Part shown: in pieces, positions 52,676 to 64,000 of the stretch
Layout of the letters: each line of letters begins with the position of its first letter
Numbering within the stretch: the stretch's first letter is position 1
Source: Prorocentrum cordatum
Taxonomy: Eukaryota
Length of the DNA stretch: 64,000 nucleotides
Direction: 5' to 3'
Assembly (NCBI GenBank): GCA_963575745.1
Contig: CAUYUJ010000214.1
Span: 496,001 to 560,000 of the forward strand
Translations under genes and position numbers: made by a program
Notes under the pieces: generated by a model
Seen by the model: the letters and a program-made list of their open reading frames with translations, nothing else
Databases searched by the model: none
What the model was told of the DNA's origin: nothing

Positions 52676-54083
52676 ATCCACAATGCAATAACTCATTAGT
52701 TGGGGCCCTGGTTTGGGATCAAGAGTCCCTGTTCTCGCGGCGGCCGTTCGGGACAGAAGCCCCCGGGCTCGGTGGCAACCCCCGTGGGGCCCAGGACCCG
52801 AGTCCACCAGGACTCAGTGGGGCCTGTCCCTCTACAGGAGGACCATCCAACACTGGTATTGAAAGATAGTCTGGGGGCTATTTGTTTGAATCTGTTTTAT
52901 TCGCCTGTAGGGTGACCTGCCCGGCCTAACGCCAGGATGCCCTTCCTCCACGCCGAGGAGTTTCCCTCTTCCCCAGTTTCGTAGGCCAAGTTCGCATCGC
53001 GTCGACCCCGGCGTTGGTTCCTGACACCTCGGGGATCGTTCGAGCTTGAACGATCGGCCGTTCCATCAACGCTGGATCGTTCAACAACGGGCCGATTCTG
53101 GGCCACGGGCGGTGTTCAACCTTCAACGCACGCGCTGGGGTCTCCGCCGGTGGACACCACGCGAACCTGCCGTGGAGTTCTTTCTCGGGGGGTGATCGTG
53201 GGATGCCGATGTGTCGGAGGAGTCTCGAGGTGTTGGTGTGCGTGGTCTTTGACGTTTTGGGGCGGTTTGGCAGTCCCAGGGCCTCTGGAAGCATTCCCAA
53301 GTTGTATCGAAGCGACTGCCCGGGCTCCGGGCACAGCTTCCTCTGTGGGGCCAAGGGGATGGCGAGAGCGCGCCCTCCCCAGAGACACGTCCCGAACACG
53401 ACGCAAACATCTCCGACCCTGACCCCCAGAGCTCCCCGGCCTCAGGCCAAGAGAGCACCACAGACGCCCCCAAAGACGCCCCCCACAAATCATTCGCAGA
53501 CGCAGAAGGCACGTTCCGAACACGTGAAACACCTCTTTCCCTTAGTCCTCAACGTCGTGCTCAAATCGTCCGATAATGCTGAGGCACTCCCCGGACATGC
53601 TGAAAACCCCACGTCCTCGGCCCTGAAGGGCCGGGGAGCGCAGCGCCCCTCGGGGTGGTTGTGGTGGTGGTGGTGGTGGTGGTGGTGGTGGTGGTGGTGG
53701 TGGTGGTGGTGGTGGTGGTGGCGGTGGTGGTGGTGGTGGTGTCGTTCGCTCCCGCGCCGCTCGCGGTCGGGAACGCCGTGCACGCGGCGTCGCTCCGCCG
53801 GCGCGACACGCCGTCCGCGTCGCGGCCCCGAGGTGTCACGGTCCCGAGCTTTTCCCCGCCGTCCACCAGCCGCCATCCGCGGGGAGACGCGCCATCCGCT
53901 CGCCAGGGCGCCGTCCACGTCGCGGCCCCGAGGCGTCACCGTCCCGAGCTTTCCCCCGCCAGCCGCCATCCGCGGGGAAACGCGCCATCCGCTCGCCAGG
54001 TCACAGCCCGTCGCCGTCTGCCGCCGCCCGCGGTGCGTTGTCCCAAAAGCTCCCCCCGCCTCTTCGATGGAGGAGGATCACCG

Positions 54084-54245
54084 CCCACCAAACCACCCCA
54101 ACCCAACCCGAAGGCCTGACTTTGCCCTCCATCTCCAGTGGGGGGGGGGGGGGCATCGGGGAACATCTGAAAACACACGGAGCCCGTACCTCCCCCCAGC
54201 CCGAAATTCGGGTCCAATTCGGGGTCTTCGGGTTGGGCTGGGGTG
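54084..54245. mobile_element. MITE family C copy
   Basis: CACCCCAACCCAACCCGAAG ... CTTCGGGTTGGGCTGGGGTG (19/20); interior homologous to 17655-17814. Confidence 0.75.
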
Positions 54246-54269
54246 TCGGAGGAGGAGGGGCGCCGCCAG

Positions 54270-54331
54270 GGCCTGGCGGACGTGCTGCGCTTCGACTACC
54301 TGCCCTTCGGCAACGCCTTCTTCTCGACGAG
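54270..54331 (+). CDS. Possible short exon of a GILT-like thiol reductase
   Basis: CAG acceptor followed by GLADVLRFDYLPFGNAFFST in high-GC3 codons, resembling the GILT '..DIV.L.LVPFGNA' motif. No CxxC or CQHG exons found. Confidence 0.35.
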
Positions 54332-54984
54332 GGAGCGGGCGGCGCTTCCGCGCTGCATTGCGCCTCGTCCTCCGCCTCCCGCGGTCCGTCGCTCGTTTGC
54401 CACGCAGGCATCCGCGTACGTCGCTCTTCCCTGGAGGGGCAGGCGTTGCATCTCGACACGTCGCTTGAGCCAAACTCAGCCACGCGCAGAGGGGGGGTCG
54501 GGGGGAGGGCTTCTTCGAAGCACCCCTGCTTCTCAGAAGGCGCGGGCCTTATCTGTGGATGTCAGGCCGGCGCCTTCTGCGAAGCAGCCTCCTTCTTAGA
54601 AGCCCTCCCCCCTCCCTCCACCCCCTTATTCGCGCCGCCAACAAACGACGGTCCGTGACAGTCAACAATCCGTAGGAGCGTGGTCGGACGAAGCCTGGGA
54701 GCATGGTCAGACGAGGCCAGGACGAGGACAACATGGAGCGAGGAGAAATCGAGAATCTCAGATCCGGCGGTTCTGGGGTTACGTCGAGAACCTTTGAGAT
54801 GCGGCGGCTCTGGAGGCTGCGTCGGGCGCCGCGGCTCTCTCAGAGCGTTCCGGCACACTCGGAGAGCTTCCCTCGGAACGCTCTGTAATTAACGGGTTTC
54901 TCCTCGTCCAAAATAGCGACGTCCTGCGTGGACAGTTCTTGCCGCGCCCCGTGGCCCCAGCAAGGATTGCCTTCTCGAGGGAAG

Positions 54985-55168
54985 CAAACAATGACATAAA
55001 CATAAAAAACTCGGAGGTCCGCATGGATTTCTCGGTTCGGCGCTCGACCCCCCCAGCGGCGCCTCAGGCGCCGCCCTTGGCGCGCTCCGCGCGCCAGGGA
55101 GGGGGGTCCGTCGACGATCCGAGAATTCCGCGCGGGCCTCCGAGTTGTTATGTTTATGCCATTGTTTG
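54985..55168. mobile_element. MITE family D (CATAAAC...CCGCGCGGA...GTTTATG)
   Basis: ~55-bp imperfect TIRs and a central TGGCGCG-CTC-CGCGCGCCA hairpin. Copies at 63012-63165 and starting at ~63952. Confidence 0.75.
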
Positions 55169-57421
55169 TTCCCTTATTCTCGGCGCCCAGCGTGAGGAGG
55201 AAAGGAGGAGGAGGAGGAGGAGGAGAAGGAGGCGGAGGAGAAATGGGAGGAGGGGGCGGAGGAGGAGGAGGGGGCGGAGGAGGACGAGGAGGCGGAGGAG
55301 GAGCAGGAGGAGGAGGAGGAGGAGGAAACGGAGGTGGAGGAGGAGGAGGGAGGAGGAGGAGGAGGAGGAGGAGGAGGAGGAGGAGGAGAAGGCGGGGGAG
55401 GAGGAGGACGGCCCAGTGGCCCCACTGGACGACTCGCCGGGGGGCCGAGGGCCCCCCGTGGGTGCTCTGCGCATACGCGGCGCCCCTCCCCTTCGGGTAG
55501 ATCGAGGAGCTGCCAGGTACGACTTCGCGCCCCTCGTCCTCCGCGCCCTGTCCCTGAGTCGGGCACTTCCCTCTACAGGAGGATGAGGAGGAGGAGGAGG
55601 AGGAGGAGGAGGAGGAGGAGGAGGAGGAGGAGGCAAATCGCCTCTTGGGGCCCTCGTGGGACGCGCTTGGGGCGCTCTTGGCGCCCTCTTGGGGCCCTCA
55701 TGGCGCCCGGAAGACTCCAACGAGGTCCAGACTTAGCCCGGGGACGATGTTTCTGTCGGCTGTGCTTGACTCCTTGTCGATGGTGTGGGGATCCTGCTCT
55801 TCTCGCTTCCGTCCAACATCCGACTGCAGGAGGGCATGCCCGACCGAGCCCTATCGTACCGCGAGCGGCGCGCCAGCCGGCCAGGCTGCGCCGTGCGCGC
55901 CGCGCCCTGGCGGCCACGCGCCCGCGCCCGCGCGCGCGCGCCCCCGCGGCCGGGATGTGGGGCTGCGCCACGCCCGGCCCCGCCGACGCGCCGCGGCTGC
56001 GAGGCGCCAGTCTAGCTGACCCAAAAGCTTGGCATCGCTCGGACGCGTGCATTTTTCCTTCGGCGAGGACCATCGAGGAGCGTCCTTGATCATTTGGCCA
56101 AAAAAACCACGCACGAGATCGAAAAATGCACAGGGAATGGACGTCCGAGCGATGGCCAGTAAAGGGGCTCCAGCGAGAAGGGGGTGGCGCGACAGAGTTC
56201 CAGGCTTGCAGCAGACTTGGGGCGTGCAATATACACTCTGGCGCGCGAGTGCTCTGCTGGTTCCTCGCGTGCAATGCTCTCGTTGCAAGGCAATGCAAGG
56301 AATATCTCTGGCGCCATTTACTTGCAATACAATTGCCCCAAATATTTTGCACCGCCCTCTTTCAGCTGAGCCCCCTTTTGGGTCGGCAAAAGCCAGCCTC
56401 GTCGACGTCACCGCCCGCGGCGCCGCCGCCCCGCCGCTGGCGCCGTCGCCGCCGTCGTCGTCGCCCGCGTCGCCGTTCTTCGCTCCGCACGCCCTGCGAC
56501 GCCGGCGGCGGCGGCAGCGACTCGCAAAGGCGAGGCTCACGACGGCGGCGGCGGCGCCGGCTGATGGCAGTGACGGGGACGGCGATGGCGGTGGCGGCGG
56601 CAGCCTTGAGATCCGACGTCTCACATCAAGTTGAGCCATCGTGAAGGATGACGGCTGGAACCCTAGGCGCCCCATCTCTCCGCGCCATGTTCGAGCCAGG
56701 TCGACCCGGGAGGGTCCTGGGGTCCGAATTGGGGTGGGGGCGCCTGGCTCGAGAGAGTGGAGGCGCAGGGATCTCAGGGCCAGCGGCAAGGCGTTGGTGA
56801 CGGCGGCGGCGAAGGTCGGGGCAATACTCAGGAAAGGAAAAAACACACACACAGACAGAATGCACCGTCGATCCCCCAGAAAAAATGGGAAACTGCGAGA
56901 ACTGGTGGGGGGAAGACGAACACCCACACAAATATGGGAAACTATTGGGAATCCTGGCATTTGTGTATGTCTTGATCTGTGTGTCCCTGGGCCCCTCGAA
57001 ATACGGCCGCGAGCGCGGACGACCTCGGCCGCGAGCGCGATCGCAAACATCGATCAATGGGGCGTGGATTAGCGCCGGGCCGAACTCGCGGATCTCCGCC
57101 GCCGAACGAGGCGGCACTGGCCGCACTTTGGGGAGGGCACCTCCCCCGATCCATGGATTTCTCGCGACCGCGCGCCCAATCCATGGATCGCGTATCCATG
57201 TTTGCGCGCCGCCGATTCCGGGCAATACAGTCGGGGCGCTGAAGAAAGAACCCTTCTTTCGTTGGAGAGGGGCTCGGTGCTCCTTAACTGTTCACACTCT
57301 GCCTCATGGTTTTCCTGATGTCTTCCATTGGAAAGCGAAGTTTATTGTATGGCACAAATGGGCCTCGTTTCTTTGATCGGCCTGTTTTGCACCACCACAT
57401 TGGGTTTTCTTAGGTAAACGC

Positions 57422-57583
57422 TTAAGTCGGGCCTGTCCCTCTTCAGGGGGAATCTTCAAAAATAATCAAACAATCGTATGAGGACGATTTGTTTTCATAT
57501 CTTTGGGCCATTATGGTGTATTTTTGGGTATATTAAAAAATCTTCGTCCAAGATCCCCCTGTAGGGGGACGGGCCCGACTTGA
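57422..57583. mobile_element. MITE family B copy
   Basis: TTAAGTCGGGCCTGTCCCTCTTCAGGGGGAATCTT ... AAGATCCCCCTGTAGGGGGACGGGCCCGACTTGA. Confidence 0.78.
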
Positions 57584-58699
57584 GTCAACGCCCTGGCTGT
57601 ACGGCCGCGAGCGTGGACGTCATACTTGTCAGGCAGCGGCAGTGTTCTCAGCAGGCATGCTTCACGATGGCACTTTGGCATGACGGTGTCCGCTCCTGGA
57701 GTGTCTCACGGTTTTAGTGGCAATGCGATTTCGTTCGCAGTGCCAGTTGATGAGTGACATGCGCAAAGTTTTGGCCATGTTGGTGCATTATTGGGGTATC
57801 TTTTTAATTTTCCGTCCAAGACCCCCCTGCACGGGGACAGTCCCGACTTAAGCCAACGCCCTGGCTGTACGGCCGCGAGCGCAGACGATCTCGGCGGCGG
57901 GCGGCCGCGGCGCGCGGCGGCGGCGGGCGAGCGCCTTCGCGCCGCCCGCGGCGGCAGGCCGCCCGGGCGCCGCCGCGCGGCCGGCGCCGCGGGCCCCGCG
58001 CGCGCGCCGGGCGGCGCGGCGGCCCGCGGGGAGCGGCCGCGGCGCCTGCGCCTCCCGCCGCCGCCGCCTCCTCGTTCCTCTCCTCCTCCTCCTCATCTGT
58101 CTCTCTCCTCCTCCTCCTCCTCCTCCTCCTCCTCCTCCTACATCTCCTCTTTCCCCCTTCCTCCTCTCCTCCTCCTCCTCCTCCTCCCCTCCTCCTCCTC
58201 GTTCCTCCTCGTTCCCCTCTTTCCTCCTCCTCCTCCTTCTCCTCCTCCTCTTCCTCTTTCCTCCTCTTTCCTCCACTCCTCCTCGTTCCTCCTCCTCCTC
58301 GTTCCTCCTCCTCCTCCTCTTTCCTCCACTCCTCTTCCTCCTCTTCCTCCTCCTCCTCCTCCTCGTTCCGCTCCTCCTCCTCCTCCTCCTCCTCCTCCTC
58401 CTGCGGCGACGCCGCCGCGCGCCGCCGCCGCTGTGGCCGGTGGCCGCCGAGGTTCGCGGGGCGAGGCTCGAGGCAACAGGTTCTCGAGGGTCGAGGAGAA
58501 GGGGTGGGTCGGCGTGCGAGGTTCGAGGCCCGAGGGTCGTGGCCGCAGCGCTTCTGCGGCCGCAGCGCTGCCGCGGCCACGGCGCTTCCGCCGCCCTCCG
58601 TGGGGGGCCACCGCCCACCAAACCACCTCACCCCAACCCGAAGGCCCCGATGTGCCCTCCATTTCCAGTGTGGGTGGGGTCGAGGAGCACAGGACAACA

Positions 58700-58775
58700 T
58701 ATACACACGCACCCACGCACCCAGACACACAGACACACAGACACACAGACACACACCCACGCACCCACGCACCCA

Positions 58776-58834
<59 letters not shown>

Positions 58835-59995
58835 GCGCGCGCGCGCGCACGCGCACACGCACACGCACACGCACACGCACACGCACACGCACACGCACAC
58901 GCACACGCACACGCACACGCACACGCACACGCACACGCACACGCACACGCACACGCACACGCACACGCACACGCACACGCACACGCACACGCACACGCAC
59001 ACGCACACGCACACGCACACGCACACGCACACGCACACGCACACGCACACGCACACGCACACGCACACGCACACGCACACGCACACGCACACACGCACAC
59101 GCACACGCACACGCATGCATGCAACGCACGCATGCGATGTGCGAACGCACGCATGCATGTGCGAACGCACGCACAGATACACACAAACACGCACACACAT
59201 ACACATACATACACACACGCACACGCACACGCACACGCACACGCACACGCACACGCACACGCACACGCACACGCACACGCACACGCACACGCACACGCAC
59301 ACGCACACGCACACGCACGCGCACGCGCACACGCACGCGCACGCGCACGCGCACGCGCACGCGCACGCGCACGCGCACGCGCACGCGCACACGCACACGC
59401 ACACGCACACGCACACGCACACGCACACGCACACGCACACGCACACGCACACGCACACGCACACGCACACGCACACGCACACGCACACGCACACGCACAC
59501 GCACACGCACACGCACACGCACACGCACACGCACACGCACACGCACACGCACACGCACACGCACACGCACACGCACACGCACACGCACACGCACACGCGC
59601 ACGCACACGCACACGCGCACGCGCACGCGCACGCGCACGCGCACGCGCACGCGCACGCGCACGCGCACGCGCACGCGCACGCACACGCACACGCACACGC
59701 ACACGCACACGCACACGCACACGCACACGCACACGCACACGCACGCGCACGCGCACGCGCACGCGCACGCGCACGCGCACGCGCACGCGCACACGCACAC
59801 GCACACGCACACGCACACGCACACGCACACGCACACGCACACGCACACGCACACGCACACGCACACGCACACGCACACGCACACGCACACGCACACGCAC
59901 ACACGCACGCGCACACGCGCACACGCACACACGCACACACGCACACACGCACACACGCACACACACGGACACACGCGCACACACACGCACATACA
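58700..59995. repeat. (CACACG)n/(CACGCG)n microsatellite, ~1.3 kb
   Basis: Read directly from the sequence. Confidence 0.95.
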
Positions 59996-60094
59996 CATGA
60001 AGCCCGTGCCCTCCCCCCCCCGGGGTCGAGTTAGGGTGGTCTGGCAGGTAGTCAGGAGGGGGGGCGACGCCGCCGCACGACGCCGCCGCGGGAG

Positions 60095-60415
60095 CCGTCG
60101 AGGTTCGCGGGGCGAGGCTCGCGGCCAAAGGTTCGCGAGGGTCGAGTAGAGCGGGTGGTTCGAGGCTCGAGGTTCGAGGGCCGAGGCTCGAGGGGGGCGA
60201 GGCTCGCGGGGCGAGAATTGCGGCCAAAGGTTATCCAGGGTCGAGGAGAGCGGGTGGTTCAAGGCTCCTCGAGGCTCGAGGGTCGAGGCTCGAGGGGCGA
60301 GGCTCGCGGGGCGAGGCTCGCGGCCAAAGGCTCGCGGTTGTCGATGAGAGCGGGTGGTTCGAGGCTCGAGGCTCGAGGGGCGAGGCTCGGGGCTCCAGAC
60401 TCGAGGGTCGAGGTT
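60095..60415. repeat. GAGGCTC/GAGGGTC 7-mer degenerate array
   Basis: Read directly; a related stretch lies at ~58450-58540. Confidence 0.75.
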
Positions 60416-63011
60416 TTGGCGTCCTCGGGCCTCTCCCTGGGCCGCCCGGGGAGCCCTGGCGCCCAGTGCTCGATCCGCCCCGGACTTCTGGCGAGAGCGC
60501 ACCCCAGGAGAAGTCGCGGGGTCGCTGCCGCTGCCGACGCCGTCGTAGCCTGCGCCGTGGCCGCTGTCGTCCTCGTTGTCTCCGTCGTCGCTTCGGCCAC
60601 CCTCGCAGTCGCCGCGCAGCGGCGTCGTCGTCGCTGTCGCCGGTGGAGGATCGTGGATCGGGCTCCGAGCATCGAAGCGTCTGGACGCCCTTTGCCCGTC
60701 GCCAGCCTCCCGAGACTTCAGGAGGTCGTCGCTGTCGCCGTCGTCGCAGTCGCTGTCGTTGTAACCGCCGCCGTGGTCGTCCTGTTCGCCCTCTTCGTCG
60801 CCATCCTCGCCCATCCATCCCTCATCCTGCTCCTTCCGCCCCTCCCTCTTCATCCTCCTCCTTCTTTCCCCCTTCTCCTTCTCCTCCTCCTCCTCCTCCT
60901 CCTGCTCCTCCTGCCTTGATCCGGCTCCGGCTCCAGCTCCTTCTCCTCCGCGTCCTCCTCCTCCCCCTCCCCTCTCATTCCTCCTCCTCCTCCTCCTCCT
61001 CCTCCTCCTCGTCCTCCTCCTCCGTCCTCGTCCACCTCTTCAACCTCCTCAACCTCCTCCTCCTCCTGCTCTGATCCGGCTCCGGCTCCAGCTCCTTCTC
61101 CTCTGCCTCCCCCTCTCCACTCCCTCCCCTGGCGCCTCCCTCTCAGCCACCTGCTTTACTCGCTGGAGGCTGGGGGTGGAGGGGCAGGATGAGGAAGAGC
61201 AAAAGGAGGAGGAGGAGGAGGAGGACGAGGAGGAGGAGGAGGAGGAGGATGGGATGAGCAGGAGGAACAGGAGGAGGAGGAGGAAGAGGAGGAGGAACAG
61301 GAGGATCAGCAGAAGAAGCAGGAGGATGGGAGGAGCGGGCACAGGAAACAGAAGCACGAGCAGGAGGAGGAGTGCACAGGTGAGAGGGGGCGTGGGAGCC
61401 TTGCCAGGCGGGCTGGTCGCAAGGCCTGCCGCGAGCTGCTGGCATCCCGCATGCACCAGCAACTCGGCCGAGGCTGCTCACAGGCAGCCCCAGGACTGTG
61501 TGCTTCCCGGGTCGCCCGCCAGGGCGCGAGCAGCATCGCGCGGCGTGCTGCGCGGTTCGGTCCGGGCCGGGGTGCTGCACTTCTCCCTAGAGGTGCGTTC
61601 GAGCGCGACGGCTACCGCGCCTCACGCGGTTCGAAGCTCGGGCGGGTGGTACGTAGTTGGGGGTGGCCTAAACTGAGCGGTGAAGACAGCGGCCCCCAGT
61701 GGGGCCCTTTATAGACCCTTTTGGGCCCCCGCTGGCTCGAAAAGGAGCCCTGATGTGCTCATTTTTTAGGGCCCCGTCTTCACCCACCACGTGGGTCACC
61801 CTCCTTATTACCACACGCCCGAGTGGAGGTGCGTTCGAGCGCGAAGGATGCCGCGCCTCGCGCGGTTCGAAGCGCGAGGTCAGGCAACTGGCACTCTGGA
61901 GCGGCCTGGGATTGCCAGCACCGCCTCCTGCGGAGCGTCCTGGGGCGCTGCGTTCCGCAGTAATGGAGTATTGAGACCTCCCTGGACCTGATGCGATGGT
62001 CTGCTGAGGGCAGCTGGGGGTGCCTCTGTGCTGTCTGTTTGCAGCCCTGTACGGGAGTGCTAAATTGTGTGCGGTTGCAAGTTTTCGCAGGTGTGTGTTG
62101 TCAGAGATGTGACAAGCTAAGGTTGTCCAAGCTTGCCTCATCGGGGTGCGATGCCGACAAATATACGTAAGCCAGAGCAAGATAAGCCAGAGCCCGCTTC
62201 TTGGGGTCCACGCTGTCAAACATGTACAACGGCATGCTCACGTTTGTGGGAAGAACCCTCTGCATTGCTAATCGACCGCGCCTCTTGGGCAGACTAGCAT
62301 CCGTGCCATCTCTCGTGATTATCCTTCTCCTCCTCCTCCTTCTCTTCCTCCTCCTGCTCCTACTCCTACTCGCAAGGCTCGGCCTCTGGGACATCGTTGT
62401 GCATAGCAGGCCGTCTCTTCTTTCGAGGGTGTGCGAGGAGTGCAGAAAGCGCGGGGGCCCGAACATGTGGATCTGTTGGTGGGACAGGCGGGAGCGAGCG
62501 AGAGGCAGGCGGCGAGGTGAGCAGCCGGGGGGGGGGGGGGGCAGGCGACGGGCGGGAAGACGGCAAGGCGGACCTGCAGGGAGGCAGGTGGGAAGAGGAA
62601 AGGGGGTGAGCAGGCAGGAAGGGAATGGTCGAATGCAATGAGGGGCTTGAGCAAGGCGCACTTACACGTTGTTCATTTCTAAGTATTCGAAATTTCTTTG
62701 ATTGTTTGGGGGGGCATGATCCTTTCATTTCTAATTGTTCTATCCTGGGCCTCTTCTTGGCCATTGGGGGTTCCAGGAACAAGTGCAAACGAGCACAATT
62801 AAACAATTAGCACAATTAGAAATGAACGACGTGTGCTATTCAAAAGGGGTTCGGTCGTTCTTGAGGCTTGCATGCGCCATAAACCCTTCCTCTTGCGGTA
62901 TCTATAATTTCTCGTTCCGTATGCGTTATTCCCTGGAAGAAAGGGGCTTTGTTTCTTATTTATCGTTCCGTAGGTCAGGCTGATGCTTGAAATCAAGAAA
63001 ATTGCCGTACA

Positions 63012-63165
63012 CATAAACTTTTAGCGTTCCGCGCGGAGTTCTTGGATCCGCGCTGGGCCTCTCCCCCGGCGGCGCCTCCGGCGTCGCCCCTGGCGCGCTC
63101 CGCGCGCCAGGGTGGGGGGTCCAGCGCAGATCCAAGAAATCCGCGCGGAGCACCATAAGTTTATG
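63012..63165. mobile_element. MITE family D copy
   Basis: CATAAACTT..TTCCGCGCGGAGTTCTTGGATCCGCGCTGG ... CCAGCGCAGATCCAAGAAATCCGCGCGGAGCACCATAAGTTTATG. Confidence 0.78.
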
Positions 63166-64000
63166 CTTATGGCGTTTCCTTTTCTCCTTCGGGAGCAGGC
63201 GGCAGGAATGCCAGGAAGGATGTGGGATGTGGGAGGGAGGGGAGGCCCTGAGGGGGGGAGCCAGGAGGAGGAGGAGGAGGAGGAGGAGGAGGAGGAGGAG
63301 GAGGAGGAGGAGGAGATTGAGGATGAGAGTGGCAGAAGCAAGGGGGAGGAGGGGGGAGTTGGGATGGTAGAGCACAGCCAGGTGGGAATGCGAAGGATGG
63401 GGATGACGGCGCGTCGGAGAGCAGTTGACGACAGGGCGGGAAGCGTCGTTTCCTCGACCTCTCCCCTCCTCCCTCGTTGTGTCCTCGACCTCCCTTTCCC
63501 TCTCCCTCCCCCGCTCCCCTTCAGTCTCCCCCTGCTCTGTCCCGTTGCTCCTTCCCTCCTCCTTCTCTCCCACTCCTCTCTCCACTTCCACCTCCTCCTC
63601 CTCCTCCTTCTCCTCCTCCGCTTACCCCTCGCTTGGTCCTCGCCTCCCTCTCCCTCGCTCCCCCTTCCACCTCCCCAGGGCGGGCGGGGGTCGGGGGGAG
63701 GAGCACCACTCCGGCACGCGCGGGGGCGGGCACGCGCGGCGAGGGAGGACGCGGGGGGCGCAGGCGAGTCGATCGGCGGGAGCTGGAGTCAGAGGAGGAA
63801 AAGGCACCCATTCCGCTACCTTGCGCCCGTTTGCCCCTTCTTCGGGCCTCCTGGGAGGAGGCCCTCGTCGCCACCGTTGGGTTCGCTCGACATCCTGGCC
63901 CGAACGCACCCCGCGAGAGCTCCGGGGAGCAGCGGCATCGGTACCTCGTGGCATAACAACTCGGAGATCCGCGCGGATTTCTCGGATCGACGCTGGGCAT

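Noticed and set aside
57791..60853. 500-800 aa His/Ala/Thr/Arg ORFs
   Set aside because: Translations of (CCT)n and (CACACG)n microsatellites.
1..64000. tRNA, rRNA or SL RNA genes
   Set aside because: No cloverleaf or rRNA-like sequence recognised; the SL matches are not followed by an SL RNA intron-like segment and mostly precede ORFs.

Overview
Eukaryotic, GC-rich and repeat-saturated DNA. Genomic relics of the dinoflagellate spliced leader (dinoSL, DCCGTAGCCATTTTGGCTCAAG) indicate a dinoflagellate; a Prorocentrum-like genome is my guess from composition only. Most ORF-track entries are artefacts of microsatellites or antisense GC-rich frames. The supportable coding content is: (1) an apparently intact two-ORF non-LTR retrotransposon (~28424-35593, +) with ORF1 (RanBP2-type zinc finger and coiled coil), ORF2 (APE-RT-RNase H with Cys motifs), SL-like relics at its 5' end and a highly structured 3' UTR; (2) a 5'-truncated, frameshifted relative of it (850-3720, -); (3) two intron-free genes, each preceded by an SL relic, i.e. 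probable retrogenes (an OST-HTH/LOTUS-like protein at 10601-11920 and an unknown ~680-aa protein at 43387-45424 with a 1-nt frameshift); (4) a split ~1085-aa ORF (38092-41554) with hAT-like D-D-CxxH-E motifs plus HMG-box-like and AP2-like segments, the most unusual protein here; (5) a decayed, extremely CG-rich DIRS-like retroelement (~23280-26420, -). Between these lie about ten families of 150-230 bp inverted-repeat (MITE/foldback) elements, several minisatellites (one with higher-order structure) and long microsatellites. All domain calls are motif recognition by eye and need HMM or structure confirmation.
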